A DNA stretch of 64,000 nt from a candidate division FCPU426 bacterium (lineage in GTDB: Bacteria > Oederibacteriota > Muellerivitia > Muellerivitales > Muellerivitaceae): positions 64,001-128,000 of the forward strand of contig CAVYSE010000005.1 in NCBI GenBank assembly GCA_963771075.1, read 5' to 3'. Within the stretch, counting starts at the first letter, position 1, and each line of letters opens with the position of its first letter. Below are positions 11,041 through 20,610 of the stretch, piece after piece. A program made the position numbers and the translations under genes. The notes below the pieces were generated by a model that did not search any database, was not told the DNA's origin, and saw nothing but the letters and a program-made list of their open reading frames with translations.

Positions 11041-11047
11041 CTTTGCT

Positions 11048-11075
11048 TGTTTACGATGAGGTCCCATCGTGGACA
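11048..11075 (+). repeat. 28-bp palindromic cassette site
   Basis: TGTTTACGATGAGGTCCCATCGTGGACA. Confidence 0.85.
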
Positions 11076-11140
11076 TGAAAAATCATGGATAATGGGCTTG
11101 GTCTCCTTGTTCCACTATCCCAGTGAAAGGTAGTAAATAA

Positions 11141-12754
11141 ATGAAATACCAATGGTTGTTCGCGTTCTTGCTTGCAGTTCCATCCTGGGCCCTTCCCGCC
11201 GACAAGGCATTTGAATTATTTCCTCCGGCCAATAACGCCGCGCCGGAGACCTTTACCAAGGCGGTCCAACCCTTCCCGGCGGAGGGCAAGCCCTGGAAGT
11301 TCGCTCATGGCGCCAAGGTCCAGGTCAAGGTGGATGCCGCGCAGGTTCTGCAAAAGATCACCCCCTATCAATTCGGGTCCAATCTCGCCTGTTGGGATAA
11401 CAAACAATTCGTGAACGACCCGGATTGCCAGGAAAAGGTCAGGCAGGCGGGCATCCGGTTCTGGCGCTGGCCGGGAGGCAGTACCTCGGACAACTACCAT
11501 TGGGATGGCAAGTATGGGGACCATACCAAGGACCATGACGGGGGGAACCCGCCGAATATGAACGAACCCTGGGCCGCCTCCACCGACGATTTCATTTCCT
11601 TCTGCCAGAAGACGAATTCGGAAGCCATCGTGACGGTCAACTACGGCGCAGCCCGTTATGAGAATGTCCGGTACGCGGCCGACCTGGCCGCCCGGTGGGT
11701 GCATTATTTCAACTTCGAGAAGAATTTCAGGGTGCGTTATTGGGAGATTGGCAACGAGAATTTCGGGTCCTGGGAAGAGGGGAACCAGCTGGCAGGCAAA
11801 TCGCAATTGACCGGCGATGTCTATGGCAAGGATTTCCAGGTGATCGCCTCGGCCATGCGAAAAGTGGACCCGGACATCTTTATCGGGGCGGTGGCCGTGG
11901 ACAAGGACAGCGGGGATGATTGGAATGGTTACCACTGGTGGATGAGGGGCCTTCTGCCCCAGCTTCAACGGAAAGCCGATTTCCTGATCTTCCATGAATA
12001 TTTCATATGGCCCTTCGATGGCGCGAAAAACTATACCAATCCCAGCAACCAGGTTCTTCTGTCGAACCTTCACGAGATCCCCGACGCCAAGGCCGCTTTC
12101 GATGACATGGAAGACAAATACGCGCCGACCGAGAAGGGTTTGCCCATCGCCGCGACCGAGTTCAACATGATCAACGGCGATCCCCCCCAGACGATCCAAC
12201 TGTTGAACGGGTTATTTGCGGCGGAAGCCCTGGGGGAGATGATCAAGACGGGTTTCAAAAATTCCAACATCTGGGACCTGAAGAACGGCCTGGATGAGAA
12301 GCTCAAGGGGGACCATGGCTTGCTGGCCTATGGGGACTCCCGGATTCCGGCGGGTACACCCCGGCCGACCTATTACACTTACGCCCTTTATTCCCGGGCT
12401 TTCGGGGACACCCTGGTTTCGGCGGAGAGCGCGGACCCAACGGTAAAGATCTATGCCAGCCGTTTTTCGGGCGGGGAACTGGGTTTGGTCATCGTGAACG
12501 AGAATGACCAGAACCGCACGGCCGTTTTTGACCTGGCGGGGTTCAAGCCCCAGGGAAAACTGATGGGATGGGTCATGACCGGCAAGAATCTTAATGATTT
12601 TCAGGTTTCGTGGAACGGCGAAATGGGACCGGCGGGAGGGGGAGGGCCCTATCCCATCCAGACGATCCCGCCATACCGGGCCGTCTTCAAGACCAATCAA
12701 CCCCTCCAGCTACCCTTGCAAGCCAGGTCGGTTACGGGCCTTATCCTTTATTAG
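11141..12754 (+). CDS. Secreted clan GH-A glycoside hydrolase (arabinofuranosidase/GH51-like)
   Basis: Signal peptide, RWPGGSTSDNYHW, YWEIGNE, TEFN, C-terminal beta-sandwich. Confidence 0.8.
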   Translation: MKYQWLFAFLLAVPSWALPADKAFELFPPANNAAPETFTKAVQPFPAEGKPWKFAHGAKVQVKVDAAQVLQKITPYQFGSNLACWDNKQFVNDPDCQEKVRQAGIRFWRWPGGSTSDNYHWDGKYGDHTKDHDGGNPPNMNEPWAASTDDFISFCQKTNSEAIVTVNYGAARYENVRYAADLAARWVHYFNFEKNFRVRYWEIGNENFGSWEEGNQLAGKSQLTGDVYGKDFQVIASAMRKVDPDIFIGAVAVDKDSGDDWNGYHWWMRGLLPQLQRKADFLIFHEYFIWPFDGAKNYTNPSNQVLLSNLHEIPDAKAAFDDMEDKYAPTEKGLPIAATEFNMINGDPPQTIQLLNGLFAAEALGEMIKTGFKNSNIWDLKNGLDEKLKGDHGLLAYGDSRIPAGTPRPTYYTYALYSRAFGDTLVSAESADPTVKIYASRFSGGELGLVIVNENDQNRTAVFDLAGFKPQGKLMGWVMTGKNLNDFQVSWNGEMGPAGGGGPYPIQTIPPYRAVFKTNQPLQLPLQARSVTGLILY

Positions 12755-12828
12755 GTCGATAAGGTTGGCTTTCGACCGCAGCCGATAGATTAAACAGGTC
12801 TTGGACTGCCAATAAACCTTTTGTTACT

Positions 12829-12856
12829 TGTCCACGACGGGGACCCGTCGCGGACA
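12829..12856 (+). repeat. 28-bp palindromic cassette site
   Basis: TGTCCACGACGGGGACCCGTCGCGGACA. Confidence 0.92.
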
Positions 12857-12978
12857 GGTAATTCGAACCATGCCAACCCCCTTTTCAGGTCAAAGATTGA
12901 AGAGGTTTTAGATCCCATTGCAGGATTATCGATATAATGATATCATGATATCGTTACCATTCATTTGGGAGGAGACCC

Positions 12979-13230
12979 ATGGCCCAACTCATCGTTAGAA
13001 ATTTAGATGACAGCGTGAAGATGAAGCTGAGCCAAAGGGCCCGGAAGAATGGGCACAGCACGGAGGAAGAAGTACGGGATATCTTGAGAAACGCGGTAGG
13101 AAAAGATAGGGGCCTCGCCCCCATGCCATTGGGCGCCAGGTTTAAGGCGCGGTTTAGCAAGATAGGCCTAACTAGGGAAATCCCCGAATTGCGTGGACAG
13201 CAGGCCCAACCCGCCACCCTTGTCCCATGA
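12979..13230 (+). CDS. FitA/StbC-like RHH antitoxin
   Basis: MAQLIVRNLDD..RARKNGHSTEEEVRDIL. Confidence 0.85.
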   Translation: MAQLIVRNLDDSVKMKLSQRARKNGHSTEEEVRDILRNAVGKDRGLAPMPLGARFKARFSKIGLTREIPELRGQQAQPATLVP

Positions 13231-13646
13231 TCCTGCTCGATACAAATGTCCTTTCCGCATTGATGCTTCGGGAACCGGACCCTACGGTCGTTTCATGGCT
13301 GGATCGCCAGTCCGTTGAATCGGTTTGGACAACGACGATCACGGTATTTGAAATTCGGTTTGGCCTCGAGAACCTGGCGGGTGGGAAAAGACGGCGTCAG
13401 CTGGAAGAAATTTTTAACCAAACCCTGGAAATTGATTTGGAAGGCCGAGTCCTGCCATTTGACCTGGCCGCGGCCCGGGCGTCTGCCTCGATCGCGGCCC
13501 AACAAAGAAAAAGTGGGCGTCCGGTTGAGATACGAGATGTCCAGATTGCCGGGATCACTTTGGCCAGCAAGGCTACATTAGCCACCCGCAATATCCGGCA
13601 TTTCCAAGGGCTTGGTATCCATCTGATCGATCCCTGGAAAGCCTAG
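13227..13646 (+). CDS. vapC: FitB/VapC PIN toxin
   Basis: MILLDTNVLS, DVQIAG, LATRNIRHF, IDPW. Confidence 0.92.
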   Translation: MILLDTNVLSALMLREPDPTVVSWLDRQSVESVWTTTITVFEIRFGLENLAGGKRRRQLEEIFNQTLEIDLEGRVLPFDLAAARASASIAAQQRKSGRPVEIRDVQIAGITLASKATLATRNIRHFQGLGIHLIDPWKA

Positions 13647-13648
13647 CC

Positions 13649-13676
13649 TGTCCACGATGGGGACCCGGATTGGTCA
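13649..13676 (+). repeat. 28-bp cassette site, variant right arm
   Basis: TGTCCACGATGGGGACCCGGATTGGTCA, 2 nt after a stop codon. Confidence 0.85.
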
Positions 13677-13694
13677 AAGAAAGAAGGTTAGACA

Positions 13695-13973
13695 ATGGTA
13701 AATAAAAAGACGGTTGTGATGAAGATAAACATCAAGGCGTTCGGATTGGCTTGTGGTTTGTTGTGGGGTCTGGGAGTTTTAGGCCTGACTTGGTGGGTCA
13801 TCCTTTTCGAGGGGCCAACCCACGACCTGATGTTGCTTGGACACATCTACCGGGGTTATGACATCAGCCCCGCCGGAAGTTTGATTGGGACTGCTTATGG
13901 CCTGGTGGATGGAGGGGTGGGCGGCGTCGTTTTCGCCTGGCTTTATAACCTCCTCTGCGTCAAGTTCAAATGA
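13695..13973 (+). CDS. Small 2-TM membrane protein (family often annotated as holin)
   Basis: KAFGLACGLLWG..YRGY..GSLIG..FAWLYN. Confidence 0.7.
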   Translation: MVNKKTVVMKINIKAFGLACGLLWGLGVLGLTWWVILFEGPTHDLMLLGHIYRGYDISPAGSLIGTAYGLVDGGVGGVVFAWLYNLLCVKFK

Positions 13974-13993
13974 TCAGGTGTTGAGGAATAGCT

Positions 13994-14021
13994 TGTCCAC
14001 GATGGGGACCCTTCGTGGACA
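13994..14021 (+). repeat. 28-bp cassette site (intron target)
   Basis: TGTCCACGATGGGGACCCTTCGTGGACA followed by TC and intron copy 1. Confidence 0.92.
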
Positions 14022-14023
14022 TC

Positions 14024-16000
14024 GTGCCAGCGAAGGTTTGTAGAGCCAGCAGGTGAGGGAGTAGGCCGAAGAGGGCCAGCCCAAATCCTGACCAGGTAAT
14101 CGCCAGAGAGCCTGGAAGTCAGCCCCCGGCGTAGGACCGAGAGGTTCTGCCCGAAACGGGGTCATAAACCTCATTCAGTGAGGGAACAATCTAGCAGTCC
14201 GCAACATCAAGTGAATCCTGCCGCGTCGTGAATGGGACACCGAAAGGTGCAAGAGGATGCCGAGCCGCGTGTCTACCGGCGAAGGCCACGATCCCGCTGA
14301 AGAATCTGGAGCAAGCGGGGCAAGTCCTCCGGCGTATGGGGAACGGAATGCTGGAAAGGCTTTGCAAGCAACCTGGGAGATCCTACCCGCCAAAAGACTT
14401 GCCGCTATAAGGCTAAAACCGAAAAGGGGCAAGGGCGGGAGGAAGTCGGAGGGGGTCACAATACCTGTGAAGGGTGGACAACAAAACCACCTGGAGGGAA
14501 GGACCCCTGCTTCAACCAAGCAACCTTCAAAAGGGAGGCGCTGGAGCATGCCCCAAAGGGCCAACAACTCCGAAGACAAGGCGCGAACCCTTCAAAGGGC
14601 GCTATACCGAGCGGCCAAGAGGAGCCCAAGCCGGAGATTTCATGTACTGCATGACAGGATGACCCGATGGGATGTCCTGACAGCGGCATGGAAACAGGTG
14701 AAGGCTAATAAAGGCCAAGGAGGAGTGGACGGGGAAACGCTGGAATGGATCGAAGAGAAGGTGGGAATTATTCCATTCCTGAAGGGCATCCAGGAAGAAC
14801 TCAAAGCTGGGAAGTATCTGCCTAAACCTGTGAGACGAGTGGAAATACCCAAGCCTGATGGAAGCAAGAGACCGTTGGGAATCCCGGTAATTCGGGATCG
14901 GGTAGTTCAAGCGGCTTGCCGGAAGGTGGTGGAACCCATCTTTGAGGCGGACTTTCTGGAAGGCTCGTTTGGATTTCGGCCAAAACGCGGAGCCCAGCAG
15001 GCCCACCGGGAGATCAAGAAGTGGATCAATGGCGGGTACAGATGGGTGGTGGATGGAGATATTCGGAAGTATTTCGATTCCATCGACCACGACAAACTGA
15101 TGGTGCTGGTGCGCCAGAGGATCAGTGACCGGAAGGTTTTGAAACTGATCCGAGGGTGGCTGAAGGCGGGTGTGTTTGAGGAAGGAAGGCTTACGCCGAC
15201 TCTCCGAGGGACACCGCAAGGCGGGGTGATCTCACCGCTGTTATCCAATGTTTACCTTCACTTGCTGGACAAGGTTTGGAATAAGAGGCACAGGAAACTG
15301 GGTAGGCTGGTGCGCTACGCCGACGATTTTGTGGTGTTGTGCGGAAGCCAAGCCCATGCGGAAAAGAGCCTGGAAGTCATCAAGGAATTGATGGGACGAC
15401 TAGGGCTTGAACTGCACCCCGAAAAGACACGGCTGGTGGAAATGGGGCCTGGGAAGGAAGGGTTTGACTTCCTTGGGTTCCACTTTCGAGTAGGTATGCC
15501 GGTGGTAGGATTGGGTAAGACCTGTTGCCTGAGCTGGCCGAGCCGGAAGGCCATGAAGAAAATCGCCGAGAAAGTGAAGCAGATGACGGCGGGCCGAGAG
15601 CGGCTCTTATCTCCAATGGAGGATGTAGCGAAGGCTTTGAACCCGGTGTTAAGGGGGTGGGCCAACTATTTCCGAATTGGGGACAGCCAGCCATACTTTT
15701 CCAAGCTTCAATTTTACGTACTCGAAAGGCTGACTTTGTTTCGGAGGCATAAGTACGCCTGGGAAGGACGAACATGGTCGATCGAGGAAGTGAAACGCCT
15801 TGGTTTGAACTGGATTCCAGCTTTTGCCTTGAATGCTGCCGGTTGAAAGGTTGTCGGAAAGCCGTATGATCGAAAAGGTCACGTACGGTTTGATGAGGGG
15901 GCGCTGGAAACGTGGTGATGAGAGCCGGACTGAGGCCCAATCCGAAAGGGTTGGATTCGCCACCGTACTCTAAGGCATACGCGCCAGCGCTCTACTCTGC
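14024..16000 (+). mobile_element. Group II intron, copy 1 (~1977 bp)
   Basis: GTGCC 5' end, RT ORF, domain V AAGCCGTATGATCGAAAAGGTCACGTACGGTTT, long domain VI with bulged A; boundaries from 3-copy comparison (+/-2 nt). Confidence 0.93.
14548..15846 (+). CDS. ltrA: Group II intron reverse transcriptase/maturase, no endonuclease domain
   Basis: GVDG, RPLGIP, PQGGVISPLL, RYADD, FDFLGF, RGWANYF; RBS before ATG 14548. Confidence 0.95.
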   Translation: MPQRANNSEDKARTLQRALYRAAKRSPSRRFHVLHDRMTRWDVLTAAWKQVKANKGQGGVDGETLEWIEEKVGIIPFLKGIQEELKAGKYLPKPVRRVEIPKPDGSKRPLGIPVIRDRVVQAACRKVVEPIFEADFLEGSFGFRPKRGAQQAHREIKKWINGGYRWVVDGDIRKYFDSIDHDKLMVLVRQRISDRKVLKLIRGWLKAGVFEEGRLTPTLRGTPQGGVISPLLSNVYLHLLDKVWNKRHRKLGRLVRYADDFVVLCGSQAHAEKSLEVIKELMGRLGLELHPEKTRLVEMGPGKEGFDFLGFHFRVGMPVVGLGKTCCLSWPSRKAMKKIAEKVKQMTAGRERLLSPMEDVAKALNPVLRGWANYFRIGDSQPYFSKLQFYVLERLTLFRRHKYAWEGRTWSIEEVKRLGLNWIPAFALNAAG

Positions 16001-16036
16001 ACGAAAAGTCACGCATAAGAGGCAGTTTATGATTAG

Positions 16037-16456
16037 TTGGCCAATTTGAAAAAGATTAAACCCTGGGTGAAATTTTGGTTATTCGCAGGAACTTTATTAT
16101 TTGGTTACGTGTTTTGGGGGTTGGTTGAAGAAGTTGCTTTCAATAATCGATTTTTTATCCCCACTTTGAGTTCTCGGATGGTTCGGTTAACCGGGTTCAT
16201 TCATTTTCGCATAATCGACTTTTGGTGTTCCAATTGTATCTACGTTTTAGACAGTTCTGGCTCCCAAATTAAAGTGATCGTTCCCCAAAAAGTCCAAGAC
16301 GAAGTTCGGAGAACAAATTGGGGAGATTTAAAAAAGAACGGGAAAACAGTATTTGTTGACTTGAATGCAATATCTGGGGGTCTCGGGGATTATTATGTTT
16401 GTACGAGAGTCAATTCGATTAATGTCGTTGATGGAGTTGTTTCAGTAAGCAAATAA
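16037..16456 (+). CDS. Hypothetical protein with N-terminal TM (cassette gene)
   Basis: AT-rich ORF ending 14 nt before a site. Confidence 0.6.
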   Translation: MANLKKIKPWVKFWLFAGTLLFGYVFWGLVEEVAFNNRFFIPTLSSRMVRLTGFIHFRIIDFWCSNCIYVLDSSGSQIKVIVPQKVQDEVRRTNWGDLKKNGKTVFVDLNAISGGLGDYYVCTRVNSINVVDGVVSVSK

Positions 16457-16470
16457 TTCACATGAAGAGC

Positions 16471-16498
16471 TGTCCACGACGGGGACCCGTCGTGGACG
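16471..16498 (+). repeat. 28-bp palindromic cassette site
   Basis: TGTCCACGACGGGGACCCGTCGTGGACG. Confidence 0.93.
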
Positions 16499-16550
16499 AT
16501 GTTTTTAAGTTTATTACCCAAATTATAAGTTCTTTCAGATTGGATGTTTT

Positions 16551-17936
16551 ATGAAGAACCGATGGCAATGGGCGGTGACGATTGGGGCTGTCCCACTCTA
16601 TTACCTCCTTTCGCTTATTCCTCTTTATCATTACCCTAATTTTACTAATTCCCATGTAGGCAATCCGCCTATTGGATTGTTCGCACTTGGCCCAACACCG
16701 ATCTATAGTGGTTTTGTATTTGTAGAAATCATTTCCATCCTGGTCAATCCTTTAAAGCGATGGAGAACACAAGGGATGGCAGGCAGGGAAAAAATACATC
16801 GAGTTCAGCTTATTTTTATGTTTCTTGCAGCCATGTTTCAGGGATGGGGCACGGGTGAACTTATTAAAACTTTTGGCCCCGATTACACGGTGGAAATATT
16901 TGGAACGACCGGACTAGCCGCTCAAATTATTCTGTGTTCCTGTTTGGTTAACGGCGTCTTGATCTTCTACTTGATCGCTACAAATGTGTCCCTGTATGGT
17001 TTGTTCAATGGTTTTATTCTTTTCCTTTTCGTACGGCCCCTGGTGTCGAAAACTCTGGGTCTCATCGATGGAATCCAAACGGACTTACGCTTGCCCGTTG
17101 ACCTTCACTTTTCTAATTTTGATGAAAAAATGAATTTTATATATTTCTTTTTCGTCCTTGTAGGCGTGGGGTTTGTTCTGTACCAAAAACGAAAGAAAAT
17201 ATTAGAACTTATTTATCATTATGTGCTTCGTAACCCATTGGTTGGCTATCAAACAAAAGAAAAATTGTATCAAGTGAAAACTTCGCCCGTTCCTCAAACG
17301 TTAACGGGTGGTTTGGGTGTTTTGGTGCTGATTCTACAAATGGTTTTGTACCAACATGGCGCTTTTTCGGATAACGGGACTTTGCGAAATGTGCTATGGG
17401 TCGGGGCGGATATGATTGATCTGGGTGTGACATCTTTTTTACTTTGGCTTTTATTTACCAACACCTACTGGGTCGATCATCATCTGGAAGGACGGGCGTC
17501 TTGGCTTCCTGAACGGGACAAATTGAAGCCTTATTTTATTTTTTGGCTTGTGATGTCCGCTTTCGCAGTATTAATAAATGAGTCACCATTGTTTTTCCAT
17601 TTTTCATTAACTATTGAAAAATTGAGCCGTATTTTTCTTGAGCCTATTTTCATCCTGACGACGGTCATTTTAGGGATAGAAATTTACGAAAAATGGCAAT
17701 TCGAGCAAAGGTCGATTCAAAAAGTATGCCTGGCCGAAATGGATAATGTGGAATTGGTCCAGCTTTGGGTGGCCCAACTTGAAGAGGCGAATCTTTCCTT
17801 TCATGTGGAGGGCCTTCGTTATAGGCAACTTACGCAATTCTTTGCGCCTTATTTGAAAATGAGGCTGTTTGTGGATGAAAGTCAGGCCCAGGACGCGGTA
17901 AGCATCATTCGTTTAGAAGAAGTTAAGCAAATATAA
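16551..17936 (+). CDS. Divergent SecY-like membrane protein with DUF2007-like C-terminal domain (cassette gene)
   Basis: GLFALGPTPIYSG..GMAGREKI..AMFQG resembles SecY TM2-3; about 10 TMs. Confidence 0.6.
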   Translation: MKNRWQWAVTIGAVPLYYLLSLIPLYHYPNFTNSHVGNPPIGLFALGPTPIYSGFVFVEIISILVNPLKRWRTQGMAGREKIHRVQLIFMFLAAMFQGWGTGELIKTFGPDYTVEIFGTTGLAAQIILCSCLVNGVLIFYLIATNVSLYGLFNGFILFLFVRPLVSKTLGLIDGIQTDLRLPVDLHFSNFDEKMNFIYFFFVLVGVGFVLYQKRKKILELIYHYVLRNPLVGYQTKEKLYQVKTSPVPQTLTGGLGVLVLILQMVLYQHGAFSDNGTLRNVLWVGADMIDLGVTSFLLWLLFTNTYWVDHHLEGRASWLPERDKLKPYFIFWLVMSAFAVLINESPLFFHFSLTIEKLSRIFLEPIFILTTVILGIEIYEKWQFEQRSIQKVCLAEMDNVELVQLWVAQLEEANLSFHVEGLRYRQLTQFFAPYLKMRLFVDESQAQDAVSIIRLEEVKQI

Positions 17937-17949
17937 TGTGGGAGTTCGC

Positions 17950-17977
17950 TGTCCACGATGGGGACCCGTCGTGGACA
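17950..17977 (+). repeat. 28-bp palindromic cassette site
   Basis: TGTCCACGATGGGGACCCGTCGTGGACA. Confidence 0.93.
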
Positions 17978-18057
17978 AGCTTTAGTCACAAGGCCAAGAT
18001 GAAAATTCAAAATGGGTGATTATTGAAAACTGAGAAGGTGGAAAGAAGCTTAACCCA

Positions 18058-18558
18058 ATGGAAAATTCTTACAATTTAGAAAAAACTATTTGGTCAGAAG
18101 CCGACTTTGAAAAAATGTGTTGGCATGATGTTCATGTCCATGGAATTTCGTTTGGGCCAATGTCGGAAGAAAACGGAACGGCCGATTTTTTATTTGATAT
18201 TGATTACCTCTTTGAATGGATAAAACCCATTGCGCCTGAAATTTTCTATAGCTTTTGGATAGCCCCATGCACTCTCGTTTTTGAAAACGCGTATGACTTT
18301 AAAATGCAAATAGAAGACAAAATAGGTTTTGCTTTCGGTCCCTTTGTAATAGAAGATTTTTCAATGGCTGAGAACCTGGAACGGGATGGCGTTCATTACG
18401 GTTACCGTTGGAAAATCAAACTTAGAACCGGGTGGATAGAATTGAAATCCTACGGATTAAAACAATACGTTCGCCAAAAACCGAGAGTGGGTGGCCAATG
18501 GTTGTTATTTGAAGAACGGGCCGGTGTGAATTATCAAAAAAAATATTCCGGGTCGTAA
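18058..18558 (+). CDS. Conserved hypothetical protein (cassette gene)
   Basis: AT-rich ORF, MCWHDVHVHG, DIDYLFEW; stop 4 nt before a site. Confidence 0.7.
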   Translation: MENSYNLEKTIWSEADFEKMCWHDVHVHGISFGPMSEENGTADFLFDIDYLFEWIKPIAPEIFYSFWIAPCTLVFENAYDFKMQIEDKIGFAFGPFVIEDFSMAENLERDGVHYGYRWKIKLRTGWIELKSYGLKQYVRQKPRVGGQWLLFEERAGVNYQKKYSGS

Positions 18559-18562
18559 GGGT

Positions 18563-18590
18563 TGTCCACGATGGGGACCCATCGTGGACA
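18563..18590 (+). repeat. 28-bp cassette site (perfect 13-2-13 palindrome; intron target)
   Basis: TGTCCACGATGGGGACCCATCGTGGACA. Confidence 0.95.
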
Positions 18591-18592
18591 TC

Positions 18593-20569
18593 GTGCCAGC
18601 GAAGGTTTGTAGAGCCAGCAGGTGAGGGAGTAGGCCGAAGAGGGCCAGCCCAAATCCTGACCAGGTAATCGCCAGAGAGCCTGGAAGTCAGCCCCCGGCG
18701 TAGGACCGAGAGGTTCTGCCCGAAACGGGGTCATAAACCTCATTCAGTGAGGGAACAATCTAGCAGTCCGCAACATCAAGTGAATCCTGCCGCGTCGTGA
18801 ATGGGACACCGAAAGGTGCAAGAGGATGCCGAGCCGCGTGTCTACCGGCGAAGGCCACGATCCCGCTGAAGAATCTGGAGCAAGCGGGGCAAGTCCTCCG
18901 GCGTATGGGGAACGGAATGCTGGAAAGGCTTTGCAAGCAACCTGGGAGATCCTACCCGCCAAAAGACTTGCCGCTATAAGGCTAAAACCGAAAAGGGGCA
19001 AGGGCGGGAGGAAGTCGGAGGGGGTCACAATACCTGTGAAGGGTGGACAACAAAACCACCTGGAGGGAAGGACCCCTGCTTCAACCAAGCAACCTTCAAA
19101 AGGGAGGCGCTGGAGCATGCCCCAAAGGGCCAACAACTCCGAAGACAAGGCGCGAACCCTTCAAAGGGCGCTATACCGAGCGGCCAAGAGGAGCCCAAGC
19201 CGGAGATTTCATGTACTGCATGACAGGATGACCCGATGGGATGTCCTGACAGCGGCATGGAAACAGGTGAAGGCTAATAAAGGCCAAGGAGGAGTGGACG
19301 GGGAAACGCTGGAATGGATCGAAGAGAAGGTGGGAATTATTCCATTCCTGAAGGGCATCCAGGAAGAACTCAAAGCTGGGAAGTATCTGCCTAAACCTGT
19401 GAGACGAGTGGAAATACCCAAGCCTGATGGAAGCAAGAGACCGTTGGGAATCCCGGTAATTCGGGATCGGGTAGTTCAAGCGGCTTGCCGGAAGGTGGTG
19501 GAACCCATCTTTGAGGCGGACTTTCTGGAAGGCTCGTTTGGATTTCGGCCAAAACGCGGAGCCCAGCAGGCCCACCGGGAGATCAAGAAGTGGATCAATG
19601 GCGGGTACAGATGGGTGGTGGATGGAGATATTCGGAAGTATTTCGATTCCATCGACCACGACAAACTGATGGTGCTGGTGCGCCAGAGGATCAGTGACCG
19701 GAAGGTTTTGAAACTGATCCGAGGGTGGCTGAAGGCGGGTGTGTTTGAGGAAGGAAGGCTTACGCCGACTCTCCGAGGGACACCGCAAGGCGGGGTGATC
19801 TCACCGCTGTTATCCAATGTTTACCTTCACTTGCTGGACAAGGTTTGGAATAAGAGGCACAGGAAACTGGGTAGGCTGGTGCGCTACGCCGACGATTTTG
19901 TGGTGTTGTGCGGAAGCCAAGCCCATGCGGAAAAGAGCCTGGAAGTCATCAAGGAATTGATGGGACGACTAGGGCTTGAACTGCACCCCGAAAAGACACG
20001 GCTGGTGGAAATGGGGCCTGGGAAGGAAGGGTTTGACTTCCTTGGGTTCCACTTTCGAGTAGGTATGCCGGTGGTAGGATTGGGTAAGACCTGTTGCCTG
20101 AGCTGGCCGAGCCGGAAGGCCATGAAGAAAATCGCCGAGAAAGTGAAGCAGATGACGGCGGGCCGAGAGCGGCTCTTATCTCCAATGGAGGATGTAGCGA
20201 AGGCTTTGAACCCGGTGTTAAGGGGGTGGGCCAACTATTTCCGAATTGGGGACAGCCAGCCATACTTTTCCAAGCTTCAATTTTACGTACTCGAAAGGCT
20301 GACTTTGTTTCGGAGGCATAAGTACGCCTGGGAAGGACGAACATGGTCGATCGAGGAAGTGAAACGCCTTGGTTTGAACTGGATTCCAGCTTTTGCCTTG
20401 AATGCTGCCGGTTGAAAGGTTGTCGGAAAGCCGTATGATCGAAAAGGTCACGTACGGTTTGATGAGGGGGCGCTGGAAACGTGGTGATGAGAGCCGGACT
20501 GAGGCCCAATCCGAAAGGGTTGGATTCGCCACCGTACTCTAAGGCATACGCGCCAGCGCTCTACTCTGC
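18593..20569 (+). mobile_element. Group II intron, copy 2
   Basis: Same sequence and ORF set as copy 1, offset 4569. Confidence 0.93.
19117..20415 (+). CDS. ltrA: Group II intron RT/maturase
   Basis: Translation identical to copy 1. Confidence 0.95.
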   Translation: MPQRANNSEDKARTLQRALYRAAKRSPSRRFHVLHDRMTRWDVLTAAWKQVKANKGQGGVDGETLEWIEEKVGIIPFLKGIQEELKAGKYLPKPVRRVEIPKPDGSKRPLGIPVIRDRVVQAACRKVVEPIFEADFLEGSFGFRPKRGAQQAHREIKKWINGGYRWVVDGDIRKYFDSIDHDKLMVLVRQRISDRKVLKLIRGWLKAGVFEEGRLTPTLRGTPQGGVISPLLSNVYLHLLDKVWNKRHRKLGRLVRYADDFVVLCGSQAHAEKSLEVIKELMGRLGLELHPEKTRLVEMGPGKEGFDFLGFHFRVGMPVVGLGKTCCLSWPSRKAMKKIAEKVKQMTAGRERLLSPMEDVAKALNPVLRGWANYFRIGDSQPYFSKLQFYVLERLTLFRRHKYAWEGRTWSIEEVKRLGLNWIPAFALNAAG

Positions 20570-20610
20570 ATGAAAAGTACCAATGGAGCGTCTGATAGGG
20601 TGAGGTATTA

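Noticed and set aside
13695..13973. Prophage suggested by the holin-like gene
   Set aside because: No other phage genes nearby; it is an isolated cassette.
14257..14547. 97-aa N-terminal extension of the RT (529-aa ORF), or a retron/DGR/defence RT
   Set aside because: This stretch is ribozyme domains I-III and the RBS lies before ATG 14548. Domains V/VI and the maturase domain identify a group II intron.
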